Shown: positions 46,061 through 55,783 of the stretch, piece after piece
How the letters are laid out: each line of letters starts with the position of its first letter
Numbering within the stretch: the first letter of the stretch is position 1
IMG/VR virus record: IMGVR_UViG_3300035670_000045
Location: 32,001 to 96,000 of that record
Reading direction: 5' to 3' (one strand)
Origin: a virus
DNA length: 64,000 bases
Program-made: the position numbers and the translations under genes
Notes under the pieces: model-generated
Databases searched by the model: none
What the model was told of the DNA's origin: nothing
Seen by the model: the letters and a program-made list of their open reading frames with translations, nothing else

Positions 46061-46320
46061 GATCCCTACTCTTCCAAGGCCAGAGCACCCTTCGCGAGCC
46101 GGTGAACTGTGGTCCTGGGCGCCAGGAGGTCGAGACCGCGGTCACGCACCAGGGCCGTACCTACCGCATGATTCTCCGCGACAAGACCGTGGAGCTCGAC
46201 CCGTACCTCGTCCTCGTCAAGGCGGCGGCGTTCGCGGTCAAGACTGGCGAGCCCTACATGGGCAGGCCAGTCACTCGGGACGTGCGCCGAATCTACACCC
46301 GTAACAGCACTTCGAGCTGA
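46057..46320 (+). CDS. Hypothetical protein
   Basis: ATGA overlap with the tape measure stop. Confidence 0.6.
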   Translation: MRSLLFQGQSTLREPVNCGPGRQEVETAVTHQGRTYRMILRDKTVELDPYLVLVKAAAFAVKTGEPYMGRPVTRDVRRIYTRNSTSS

Positions 46321-46328
46321 GGATCACC

Positions 46329-47921
46329 GTGGCGGTCTACATCGAACTGGTCACCGAGCTCGGGAAACAAACCAACCTCTCTGGCAAGGAGAAGGCGGGG
46401 AAAGCATCTGTTCGACGCCCATTGCGTGGCATCGAGCTCAAGGAGGACGCCTACGCCTACATCAAGCTGGTGAAGCGGGATGGTACGGCCATCGAGCTCT
46501 TGGACTCGAGCGCGTACTCCGGGAAGAGCGAGGAGTACTCGAACTTCATCCTCACGAGCGTCACTGACCAGCGGATGGAGAAGCAGCAGCTCATCGAGAC
46601 CTTCGGAGCGGACTACCTGATGCTGTTCGGGGAGGCGCCGCACTTCCTCCAGGTCTCCGCCATGCTCTTGGACACCCACGACTTCGACTGGAAGGCGGAG
46701 TTTCTGGAGAACTACGACAAGTACCTTCGTGGGACGAAAGCCATCGAGCAAGGGGCACGGGCGTACCTCTTCTACAACGGGGCCATCGTCGAAGGGTACA
46801 TGCTGAACACCAGCATTGCCGAGGATGCGACCCAACAGCACCTCGTCCCCATGAGCTTCCAGTTCTTCGTGACGAACTACCAGGTGGTGCGAGTCACAGA
46901 GGACTCCGGGAACTTCCCGGTGCGCTCGAGCGTGGTGCTGCCCGACGGCATCACGGTGGACGACCTGCGCTCCCCCCTGAGCGGAGAGCTCATGGACGCC
47001 CTCTTGGCCAATGGGGACGGAGCCCAGTCCGGGTTCACCAACCAATCCTTGCCGTTCGACCAGCCGTTGCGCAGTCGAATCTCTGACAACTACGACGAGT
47101 ACACGGCCCCTCCGCCCAAGCTGCCAAGCCCCAACGAGGGGGACGAGTTGGCACGTCAGCTTCAGGAATCGGCCGAGAAGCTCGACAAGATGCTGGGTGA
47201 TCTGCAGCAGGCGTACGGCGTGGACCCGAACCAGTCCCACCACCCTGACACCATGCGTGGGCTCGGGTACGGCCCTTCGTTTGGCCGAGCGGGCGTGGGC
47301 ATCGGGGCGTTCGCGAGCGCTCGGGTAGGGGCATCGTTCGGGGCTCGGGTGGGGGCATCCGTGGGTGTGCGTGTCGGGGCTTTCGCTTCCGCCGGTGTCC
47401 GATTGGGGTTCAATGCAGGGGCCGGGGTGAGTCTCGGAGCAGGCGCCCGCGTGGGGTTCGGGGTAGGGGCCAGTGTTGGGGTTCGAGCCGGGGTCAACGT
47501 GGGCGGCTACTCGGGCTATGGGATGGGGATTGGGGCTCGCGCGGGTGTGGGCTTTGGCGTTGGCGTTGGGGCTCGTTTTGGGGTGCAGCCCAGTCTGAGC
47601 TCAGGGGCCTCGTTCGGGGCCGTCCCCTACGCCTCCCCGGGGGTGTACGGCGGGTCGTACGCCAACGCGTACCTCGGACAGTCTGGGTTGGGCGGTGGGT
47701 ACGCTGGGGCGAACGCCTCCCTGGGACCGTTGGGCGTCCCCGGGCTCATCTCGCTTGGTAGCTCGTACGCAGGGTCAACGGGACTGGGTGCCAGCATCCA
47801 CGTGGGCGGGACACCAAGCGCATTCGGGTTTGGTGCGTACGGCGGAGCCCTTACCAACACGGGGATACCGCCCCGCCCCGCGATCAACCTGTACTCGAAC
47901 TCGTGGGGTTGGCACTCGTGA
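46329..47921 (+). CDS. Probable baseplate/tube-initiator protein with Gly-rich alternating C-terminal repeats
   Basis: Tube-like domain (NFILTSV...EK.Q..ETFG...FGE.P...FQFFV) then (G/A-x)n repeats. Confidence 0.6.
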   Translation: MAVYIELVTELGKQTNLSGKEKAGKASVRRPLRGIELKEDAYAYIKLVKRDGTAIELLDSSAYSGKSEEYSNFILTSVTDQRMEKQQLIETFGADYLMLFGEAPHFLQVSAMLLDTHDFDWKAEFLENYDKYLRGTKAIEQGARAYLFYNGAIVEGYMLNTSIAEDATQQHLVPMSFQFFVTNYQVVRVTEDSGNFPVRSSVVLPDGITVDDLRSPLSGELMDALLANGDGAQSGFTNQSLPFDQPLRSRISDNYDEYTAPPPKLPSPNEGDELARQLQESAEKLDKMLGDLQQAYGVDPNQSHHPDTMRGLGYGPSFGRAGVGIGAFASARVGASFGARVGASVGVRVGAFASAGVRLGFNAGAGVSLGAGARVGFGVGASVGVRAGVNVGGYSGYGMGIGARAGVGFGVGVGARFGVQPSLSSGASFGAVPYASPGVYGGSYANAYLGQSGLGGGYAGANASLGPLGVPGLISLGSSYAGSTGLGASIHVGGTPSAFGFGAYGGALTNTGIPPRPAINLYSNSWGWHS

Positions 47922-50900
47922 CCGGCATCGCACAGCGAATCAAGATCCGACTCTTCGTCGAAGGCGTCGAAGTCCCGTGCATCTCTGCTTCCGTACAGGC
48001 CGCGCCGAACAGCCCGGTCATGTGCTCCATGCAGATCCTGCCACTTGCGGAGGCAACCCGCTTCGCACCCCGGTCCCTGGTACACCTGTTCTTTGTCGAC
48101 GAGTTCGACACAACCGTGCCGAATCTGCGCACGACCAACACGGACAAGTCGCCCGGCCCCACCGTGTACGAGCAGGTGAGGGAGCGACAGGGGCGTGAGC
48201 CCAACTTGGAGTTCGCGGAAAGCGACCTCAACGACTTCCGGCTGCAGAAGTACAAGCTGATGTTCGTTGGGGAGATCATGGGGTTCTCCTGGACGAAGAC
48301 CCCGCGGAATCGCGCGGTCGTGCTGCAGTGCGCCGACCTGTCGAACTACTGGGACTACGCGTACCAGCACAACAATACGGACTTGTTCGGCCCTGGGTAC
48401 AAGGCGATGTTCTCCGGCGGGTCCACGAACCTGTTCACGGACTTCTTGAGCTCGCCTGGCGAGATCATGTCGAAGATTCTCCAGACCCCCAGCGCCAGGT
48501 ACCCGGGGCTCAAGGGGTTGCTGGGCGGCATCGTCCACATGCTCGAGGCCATGGGTGGCTCGTACTACTACGACAAGAAGTTCGCGGGGCAGAACATCTT
48601 CTTCTCGATCGCGGAGCTCCGTCTCCACCTGACCCAGATGATCACGGCATTCGAGAAGGACCCGACGAGCTCGAGGCTGATGGGCGGTGGATGGGACCCG
48701 TTGTTCGGGAGGTCCTTGGGGAATCTCGGGGACCAGGCCAGCTTCCGCACCTGCGTCAGCAAGCTACAGAGCTTCATCTTCCATGAGACCTACGGGCAGC
48801 CTTGCCCACGATTTGTCCCAGGGACCGGGGGCTCTACGAGCGGGTTCAAGCGTACCCGCCTGAAAGAGATCCCGGAGCTCGTCGAGTTCTTGGTCAGTGC
48901 ACAGGCTCTTGCATCCACGCTGCAAGCTACCGTGGATGCGCTGGGGTCGGACGCCCCTGCGGAGACCCAGAGAGAGATCATCCGCCCGTTGATCGACCAA
49001 ATCCGAACCGCGGTGACGGGGTGCCAGACCATGGCGCGCTCTGCGGGCAGGGTGTCCGGAGAACACAAGGAGGTCGGCAAGAAGATCTCGGGTGTGTACT
49101 CCGCGGCGTCCACACTTCTCGGGCAGGTTCGTGCCCTTCTGGGCGGGGGTACCTCCCGGGCGTTGATCAACCCAAAGGATCCAACACGCCGGAAGGCGAT
49201 CGGGCTCCTGCAGAAGGTCATCGCACAGCTCAAGACACTCGAGCGGATGGAGTCGAACGTCACCCAGCGAAAGAACGCTATCCCGGCCACGCTGAAGCAG
49301 CAGATCTTCCGCCCGGACGTGTGGTTTTCCGCACCTCCACGCTGCAACGTGATCTTCCCCGACCACTACATGCAGCTCAGCTACAGTCGGCAGTTCATGG
49401 CCGAACCCTCTCGCCTATCCCTGAAGACCCATGACGAGTTCTTCGGGGAGGACGAGCTCTTCGACAACTTCTACTTCGCTCCGAAGTCTCCGACGGTACG
49501 TGAGCAGAAGAACACGCTCGCCAACATCCTCAGGAACGACCTGATGGACCACGAGCTCTTCACGGGGATCCTCCCCGTGTTCGAGAAGATGGGGGAGTTC
49601 AACATCTTCGGAGCTCGTGCGGGTGTGGTCGACGGCAAGGTGCCCAAGATCGGAATGGCCCAACGCACGACGAACTTCCTGTACTTCAAGTACCGGTTCG
49701 CTGCCCGTCAGTTGAGTGTGAACTGCCGGTTCAATCCCTATGTGGCGGTTGGGTTCCCAGGGCTCATTCTGGACCGGCACGTCGACGTCTCCACTCTCCG
49801 CTCGTACTCCCAGGCGAAGGGGGCCACCGCGCAAGGGGAGGCGTACGCCTCGAAGCTCCCCCCTATGCTTGGGACCCACTTCCTCGCGAACTTCACCGAG
49901 GTCTCCCACCAGATCGACCAACGGAACGGGGCAACGACGATCAACTGCTCGTACGCTCGAGAAGCAAACGAGTCTGTCGAATTCCTCGGAGCGAAGCAGG
50001 AGTCCGTGACAGGGGAGCGTCCGACGGACGAAGCGAAGGGCTTTCGGTCCACGGACGTGGCCGCCTTGTTCCCCCCGTTGATTGGGTCGATGGGTCCTGG
50101 CCAGGGTCGAATCACGGTCGTGGAGGATGTCACGTCGACGTACACCGTTGGTGGGTCGTCAAAGGCGCTACCCCTTCTTGGGGCCGACCGGGACAAGAAG
50201 ACCAAGCAGCTCACGCTGACCGTGCCTGTTGGGCAGCGCCTACTCGCGAAAGAGTACGGGGCTGCGGTCGTGCCGTACATCGGAGACGAGAACATCTTCG
50301 CCGAGTTCCGGGCGTACAAGGTCACGGAGACGATCACGAAGCAAACGCGTGAGACGGTGTACCTGCCACCCGAGGAGTACATCCGCCCGGGGTGGTACGG
50401 TGACTGCTGGGCCCCTTCGAAGATCAGCGAGGTCTACTACGACTTCTTCGGGGTGGGGGCGATCACCGAGGCCACCCAGATCCAGAACACGGACGGGAAC
50501 TTCGAGGGCGGCCTGTACGGCACGAACGATGCGGCGTCTCAGCTGCGTCAGATTGCGGATACCAACGAAGACCTGAAGGTCGCGAAGGACCAGATCATCG
50601 CGTTGTCTCAGACGAAGGATGCGACGATCGCTGACGCTGTCGCGCTCCTCGTCCTGACCTACAGCGTGGCGAAGCACGGGTCGTTCGACATTGAGGCGTT
50701 GATCAAGGCGTACACGTGGCGGCCCATCGCCACGCTGCTGGACATGTTCGGGTCGAACGACCTCATGCTCACGCCCGACGGGCTTGACGTCGCGCAGGGC
50801 ATCGAGGGGTTCCACTCCCGTGCGTTCGGGCCATGGGACAACCTCTTCGGATTGGTGCCACCGGAGATCAACGACATCCTCGACATCAAGGAGGGGTCGG

Positions 50901-50995
50901 CGGCGTCGAAGCGGGCGGACACCCGGAAACGTAAGCGCGACCTGGTGCTGGCCTACAAGGCTACCCTCGAGTTGGGTCGGGTCATCCTGGGCTGA
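47918..50995 (+). CDS. Probable baseplate hub protein
   Basis: RLFVEGVEVP N-terminus, MF.GEI.GFS...LQC.D, APPRCNVIFP; about 1025 aa; synteny. Confidence 0.6.
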   Translation: MTGIAQRIKIRLFVEGVEVPCISASVQAAPNSPVMCSMQILPLAEATRFAPRSLVHLFFVDEFDTTVPNLRTTNTDKSPGPTVYEQVRERQGREPNLEFAESDLNDFRLQKYKLMFVGEIMGFSWTKTPRNRAVVLQCADLSNYWDYAYQHNNTDLFGPGYKAMFSGGSTNLFTDFLSSPGEIMSKILQTPSARYPGLKGLLGGIVHMLEAMGGSYYYDKKFAGQNIFFSIAELRLHLTQMITAFEKDPTSSRLMGGGWDPLFGRSLGNLGDQASFRTCVSKLQSFIFHETYGQPCPRFVPGTGGSTSGFKRTRLKEIPELVEFLVSAQALASTLQATVDALGSDAPAETQREIIRPLIDQIRTAVTGCQTMARSAGRVSGEHKEVGKKISGVYSAASTLLGQVRALLGGGTSRALINPKDPTRRKAIGLLQKVIAQLKTLERMESNVTQRKNAIPATLKQQIFRPDVWFSAPPRCNVIFPDHYMQLSYSRQFMAEPSRLSLKTHDEFFGEDELFDNFYFAPKSPTVREQKNTLANILRNDLMDHELFTGILPVFEKMGEFNIFGARAGVVDGKVPKIGMAQRTTNFLYFKYRFAARQLSVNCRFNPYVAVGFPGLILDRHVDVSTLRSYSQAKGATAQGEAYASKLPPMLGTHFLANFTEVSHQIDQRNGATTINCSYAREANESVEFLGAKQESVTGERPTDEAKGFRSTDVAALFPPLIGSMGPGQGRITVVEDVTSTYTVGGSSKALPLLGADRDKKTKQLTLTVPVGQRLLAKEYGAAVVPYIGDENIFAEFRAYKVTETITKQTRETVYLPPEEYIRPGWYGDCWAPSKISEVYYDFFGVGAITEATQIQNTDGNFEGGLYGTNDAASQLRQIADTNEDLKVAKDQIIALSQTKDATIADAVALLVLTYSVAKHGSFDIEALIKAYTWRPIATLLDMFGSNDLMLTPDGLDVAQGIEGFHSRAFGPWDNLFGLVPPEINDILDIKEGSAASKRADTRKRKRDLVLAYKATLELGRVILG

Positions 50996-51018
50996 CAGGG
51001 GTGTGGTAGACCTAAGGG

Positions 51019-54000
51019 GTGAGCTCGAAGAAAGACTCCCCTCAGCTGCAGCCGCACCAGCAACGAGTCGTCGATCGGATCTCCCGCGACGATCAGCCGG
51101 GGCTCATCGTGGCGCATGGGCTCGGAAGCGGGAAGTGCGTCCGAGGCGACACACCTATCCTCACGGACAGGGGTCTGCTGCAGATCCAGGACCTGTTCCC
51201 CAAAGGTATGGAGGTGGACGCAGAAGTCACCCTAGATGGGGGAGGCTACCAAGTCCTATCGCTCGTGAACGGAAAGACCCGGTGGTCAGCTGTGCGGGCC
51301 AGGTACGCGCAGAGGCTTAGCGCATCGGAGCGAACGATTCACGTCGTTACGGAACGAGGGTCAGAGGTGTGCGCTACGGGGGCGCACCCGCTCCTCGTGC
51401 TTCGCGCTGGCGTACCCACTTGGGTGCCCGCTCGTGAGGTCGCAGTTGGTGAGTGGGTTGTGATGCCAGACCTGGTGGATGGGTCCCCGTCCCCTACCCG
51501 GTTGGACTCGTCGTTGGCGGTATGCGCGGCTTGGCTGACCACAGAGGGCTGGGAGGACTCCAAGAAGCGCGGCAGCTTCGTGATCACTCAGCACGGTAAT
51601 CGGCCCATGCTCGAGAGCTTGCATCAGTGGTTGCGAGCTACCTACGGCGTTGGGCGGATCCGCGAGTCCGGGCATGACCTGGTTGCCTGCAGCAGGGCCC
51701 TGGCCGACGACCTGCAGGCCTGGGGGCACACCTGGGGGCTCAAGAGTGCGCACAAGAGGCTCCCGTACAGCATGCTGTCGGGGGGCTTCAGTATGACTCG
51801 GGAGGTCTTGCGCATCTGCTGGGAGGCTGAAGGTCACATCTCCGCTGCCAACGCGGAGATCACTTCAGCTTCTCGCTTTCTTATGGAGCAGTACCGGTAC
51901 CTGCTTTTACAGCTTGGAGGCAGGTCCTCTTGCAGGGCGAAATGGTCGATCGCCAGCAATGGCACCGGGCCCTATCGGGAGTACTGGAGGTCCTCGGTTT
52001 CCGGGGAGGACCTGGAGGCTCTAGCCCTAGCAGTCCGAGGCACCAAGAAGGGTCGCAAGTTGGAGGTCATCGCTGGCCGCAAGCGGAACCCAAACACGGG
52101 CGTCCCCGTCGACTGGCTGTACAAATTCTTGGACTTGAGCCCCAAGTTCTTTGGGTGCACTGCGAATAACAGACGTAGCGTGAGCAGAGCGTCCGCACTG
52201 CGAATGCTAGAGAAGTTGCAGTGGTTGGAGACTGGCACCGCGTTGGACTCGCTGCGGCTTGCAGTCAGCGGTCTAGGCGGTACCGCGCGCTCCTACGCTC
52301 AGAGGAACTTACGTGTGGCTGAGCGTAGATCCGAAGTTCGGGTCGCCAGGGAGCGTCTGTACGCCATCGTCTACGGCCCCTACCGATTCGAGCAGGTCGA
52401 GTCGACTACCCCCGGATCCGCTGGCGGGCTGGTCTACGACGTCGAGGTCGACTCGGACGTGTACGATCACAAGAACTATGTGGGGGGTTACGGTGGGTGG
52501 TACCTCCACAACACGCTCACGAGCATTGCCGCGCAAAAGGCGCTCGGAGTCCCTTCTCAAGTCGTAGCGCCGGCGGCCTTGCTGGGGAACTACTCGAAGG
52601 AGCAGAAGAAGCACTACGGGAAGGGTGCCAAGCCGGCGGACCTCGTGTCCATGCAGCAGGCCGCTCGTACAGGGGAGCTCGAGAACACCGCGCTTCGCGT
52701 CGTCGACGAGGCACATCGAGCTCGAGACCCCGGCACGGCCACCTACCGTGCCCTGCGGGATTCGCCGGCCGAGAAGCGGCTACTTCTTACAGGCTCCCCC
52801 TTCTACAACCACCCCAGTGACATCGCACCACTGCTGCGCATCGCCGCCGGGACCAGTCTGGTCCCGGAGGACAAGGCCGAGTTCACGAGCCGCTACATCT
52901 ACGACAAGCCGGTCAAGCCAGGGTTGTTCGACCGATTCGTGCACGGGGCGACCGGGGGCACAGTAGCCACTCTCCGCCCCGAACGTGCAGAGGAGCTCCG
53001 TGGAATCTTCTCGAAGTGGGTGGACCATCACCCCGGTACGCGTGAGCACTTCCCCGAGGTGGAGCATGTCGACGTCGATGTGCCGATGAGTGACGGACAA
53101 CGACGGGTGTACGACACGGTGATGGACGCGGCCCCGTCGTGGGTTGCCGCCAAAGTGCGGCGGGGTCTTCCTCCCGACAAGCAGGAAGCGAAGCAGCTCA
53201 ACGCGTTCCTGTCTGGAGCTCGTCAGATCAGCAACTCCACCGCCGGGTTCATCCCCGAAACTGACAAGGCTGAGGGGCCCAAAATCCAGAAGGCCTTCGA
53301 GAACCTCAAGAAGGAGCTCGACTCGAACCCCCGCTCGAAGGCGGTCGTCTACTCCAACTTCCTACAGGCGGGCATCAACCCGTACAAGGCCCACCTCCAG
53401 TCAGCAGGGATCCCGTTCGGTGAGTTCACCGGCGAGATGGGACGCGCGCAACGTGACCAGCTCGTTCGCGACTACAACGACAACAAGATCCGAGCTCTCC
53501 TACTGTCGTCCGCCGGTGGCGAGGGCCTGGACCTCAAAGGCACGCGGCTCTTGCAGGTGTTGGAGCCCCACTGGAACCGTGAGAAGCTACGGCAAGTCGA
53601 AGGCCGAGGTGCACGTTACATGAGCCACGCCGATCTACCCGAAGAAGAACGCAAGCTGCGCATCGAGAACTACATGTCTTCCCTGCCGGAAGGTACCATG
53701 GGGCGGCTCTGGCGCACCGTGTCCGGCCGGGAAAAGGACAAGTCGGTCGACCAGTACTTGGCGCAGATGTCGAACGACAAGGATGCGCTCATTGGTCAGT
53801 TCAAGGGACTGCTGCCCCAACACTCGAACGAGAAGGCTGCTGCAAATCGGTCGGTCAAAGAGTGGCGAGCACTCAACGCTGCGGGTGACACCGCAGGTGC
53901 AGACCATCTAGCCAAAGCGTATGGGGGTCTAGGCAACCAGCCTCGTTACCTGCGGGACATCTCGATCGGCGGCAGTGAGGCTGCAGTCGACCAGATGATG

Positions 54001-54963
54001 GGACGCGTGCAGAACCCAACGACAGGCGCGGTCAATGAGTCGGGGTATGTCGCCCGAAAGCTGTACAAACCTGACTCGGACATCACGCGAGGGGAGCACA
54101 CCAACCAGATGCTGCACCAAAAGCAGCAACTGACCGACGAGGCTCGCGCACTATCCCCTCAAGCCAAGTCGATGGTCCCTGACATGTACGGGCACAAGAC
54201 GATGGGGTCCGGCGGACTTCAGCGTACGATTAGTGACCATGAGTACGTGCCCGGGCTCACGGACATCAGGGGCTCCAGGGTGCAGACCCCTCAGGGGGCA
54301 CAGTGGTCACGCACGCCCAACGCACGCCGAACCGACCTCGAGGCCGTGCAGTCCACCGTCTTGAAGCCAATGGAGTCTCGCGGCAAAATGATGGCAGACA
54401 CCATTACTGCGCAGGGTACGAACTACGGGAACGTACTCAACTCCCCATCGGGACCGAAAGTCATGGACTTCCTCCCGATTGTGGAGGGCCAAAAGGACCA
54501 CATCTCTGACTCCTATCGGAAGTACGCCCCGACTTCTCCGTCAAAGTACACGGAGGGTGCGGCGGGTGCCAACCCCAACAAGCTGCAACGGGAACTGCGG
54601 CGTGAGGTATTCCGTCCTCAACAAGCAGTTTCGGAAGCCCCGGCACACATGCAGATGCAAGCGGCGGCTCACTTACGTGGGGAAGGCCCTGCACCTACCA
54701 CCGCACCAGCAAGGGCTCCTACGTCTTCCGTGTCTACGGCAGGTGCCCGCACCAGTGCGCCTGCGGCCCGAACCAGCATGCCGGCCCAGACGTCAGTACC
54801 AACTGTACGCCCCGCCCGGGTGAGCATCCACACTCCTGCGCCTACGATGCCTACCGTGCGGCCCAGTATGGGTGCAGCACTAAAGGGTCTGCAGACAAAA
54901 GCTACAAGCGTCCTCGGACGCGTTGCGACACAGGCCGGGAAGGCGGTTGCACATGCACACTGA
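51019..54963 (+). CDS. SNF2/SF2 helicase-ATPase with an intein and a C-terminal protein kinase-like domain
   Basis: HGLGSGK/T, VVDEAH, LLTGSP, AGGEGLDL, QVEGRGAR; after EKAAA: IGGSEAAV, VARKLY, HEYVPG, D......NYGNV, VMDF. Confidence 0.85.
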   Translation: MSSKKDSPQLQPHQQRVVDRISRDDQPGLIVAHGLGSGKCVRGDTPILTDRGLLQIQDLFPKGMEVDAEVTLDGGGYQVLSLVNGKTRWSAVRARYAQRLSASERTIHVVTERGSEVCATGAHPLLVLRAGVPTWVPAREVAVGEWVVMPDLVDGSPSPTRLDSSLAVCAAWLTTEGWEDSKKRGSFVITQHGNRPMLESLHQWLRATYGVGRIRESGHDLVACSRALADDLQAWGHTWGLKSAHKRLPYSMLSGGFSMTREVLRICWEAEGHISAANAEITSASRFLMEQYRYLLLQLGGRSSCRAKWSIASNGTGPYREYWRSSVSGEDLEALALAVRGTKKGRKLEVIAGRKRNPNTGVPVDWLYKFLDLSPKFFGCTANNRRSVSRASALRMLEKLQWLETGTALDSLRLAVSGLGGTARSYAQRNLRVAERRSEVRVARERLYAIVYGPYRFEQVESTTPGSAGGLVYDVEVDSDVYDHKNYVGGYGGWYLHNTLTSIAAQKALGVPSQVVAPAALLGNYSKEQKKHYGKGAKPADLVSMQQAARTGELENTALRVVDEAHRARDPGTATYRALRDSPAEKRLLLTGSPFYNHPSDIAPLLRIAAGTSLVPEDKAEFTSRYIYDKPVKPGLFDRFVHGATGGTVATLRPERAEELRGIFSKWVDHHPGTREHFPEVEHVDVDVPMSDGQRRVYDTVMDAAPSWVAAKVRRGLPPDKQEAKQLNAFLSGARQISNSTAGFIPETDKAEGPKIQKAFENLKKELDSNPRSKAVVYSNFLQAGINPYKAHLQSAGIPFGEFTGEMGRAQRDQLVRDYNDNKIRALLLSSAGGEGLDLKGTRLLQVLEPHWNREKLRQVEGRGARYMSHADLPEEERKLRIENYMSSLPEGTMGRLWRTVSGREKDKSVDQYLAQMSNDKDALIGQFKGLLPQHSNEKAAANRSVKEWRALNAAGDTAGADHLAKAYGGLGNQPRYLRDISIGGSEAAVDQMMGRVQNPTTGAVNESGYVARKLYKPDSDITRGEHTNQMLHQKQQLTDEARALSPQAKSMVPDMYGHKTMGSGGLQRTISDHEYVPGLTDIRGSRVQTPQGAQWSRTPNARRTDLEAVQSTVLKPMESRGKMMADTITAQGTNYGNVLNSPSGPKVMDFLPIVEGQKDHISDSYRKYAPTSPSKYTEGAAGANPNKLQRELRREVFRPQQAVSEAPAHMQMQAAAHLRGEGPAPTTAPARAPTSSVSTAGARTSAPAARTSMPAQTSVPTVRPARVSIHTPAPTMPTVRPSMGAALKGLQTKATSVLGRVATQAGKAVAHAH
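51136..52512 (+). mobile_element. Intein with LAGLIDADG-type homing endonuclease
   Basis: Begins C(VRGDT), has block B TGAHPL and endonuclease blocks AWLTTEG and ICWEAEG, ends YLHN followed by T; 459 codons inside Walker A. Confidence 0.9.
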
Positions 54964-55414
54964 CGAAAAAAGTGAGAGTGAGAAGCTGCGGGAGGTGCTC
55001 GAGCGCATCCGTACCCGCACTGAACGTACGGGCAACACGATCCCCTGGCATGACCGGGATCTGCGTGACGACAAGAACGAGTACGACCACATACCTAACA
55101 AGCTCGGGTCGGACCACCTGATGTTCCAGGCCTGCTTCGCCGAGCTCACGAAGACGGCGGGCAAAATCGTACGAGAGACCTCGCTGGCGATGACACGCTC
55201 GGGCAAGCGGCCTATCTCCGTCCAGAAGTTCCTCCAGAAGCTCGACAAGGGGGAGCTCGGGTGGAAGCTTGCGACCAAGTCCGGAGACGGAGATCCCACG
55301 CAGGAGTGGCCGCCCACCAAGCCGTTGCCCCAAAACGCGGTTGCCGGGGTCGACAAGGTCGACACCGCGCGGGTGTCCCGCCAGACCTTCACTTTCCCCG
55401 TGCTCTCTCGCTGA
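54953..55414 (+). CDS. K-x-A-tagged hypothetical protein
   Basis: FQACFAELTKTAG and WKLAT; start uncertain. Confidence 0.6.
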   Translation: MHTDEKSESEKLREVLERIRTRTERTGNTIPWHDRDLRDDKNEYDHIPNKLGSDHLMFQACFAELTKTAGKIVRETSLAMTRSGKRPISVQKFLQKLDKGELGWKLATKSGDGDPTQEWPPTKPLPQNAVAGVDKVDTARVSRQTFTFPVLSR

Positions 55415-55429
55415 GGTAGGATGGTCCGC

Positions 55430-55783
55430 ATGTCCCCCATCGATCCGCGTGTCCTTCAGGCGTTCAGCGAGGCCCTCACCAAGGAGGGGAGCGCGGGTGG
55501 CTACATGTCGCGCTTGGGGCAGCACCTGAAGGCGTCACCTCGTATGGGGCGGGTGGCTACCCACCTGGCGGACCATGGGCACGTCTACGACCTGGCCGGT
55601 CTTGGCGGGATGATGGGGCTCGAGGCAGCCCACGCCGCCCACTCCCTGAAGAAGGACCCCATGACGGGCAAGCGGGACTGGCGGGGTGCCCTCGAGTCGG
55701 GGGCCGAGGGTGCCTTCCTGGGCACGCTGGCGGCCCCAGTGGCGGCGAACCTCCTCCTCAAACGGCCAGGCGGGGCTCACTGA
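55430..55783 (+). CDS. Small tagged glycine-zipper protein
   Basis: QAFSEALTKEGS; LAGLGGMMG and GAFLGTLAAPV; alternative start at 55421. Confidence 0.65.
   Translation: MSPIDPRVLQAFSEALTKEGSAGGYMSRLGQHLKASPRMGRVATHLADHGHVYDLAGLGGMMGLEAAHAAHSLKKDPMTGKRDWRGALESGAEGAFLGTLAAPVAANLLLKRPGGAH

Noticed and set aside
21838-50995. Extracellular contractile injection system or tailocin instead of a phage
   Set aside because: Terminase, prohead protease and capsid genes are present, so this is a head-bearing virus.
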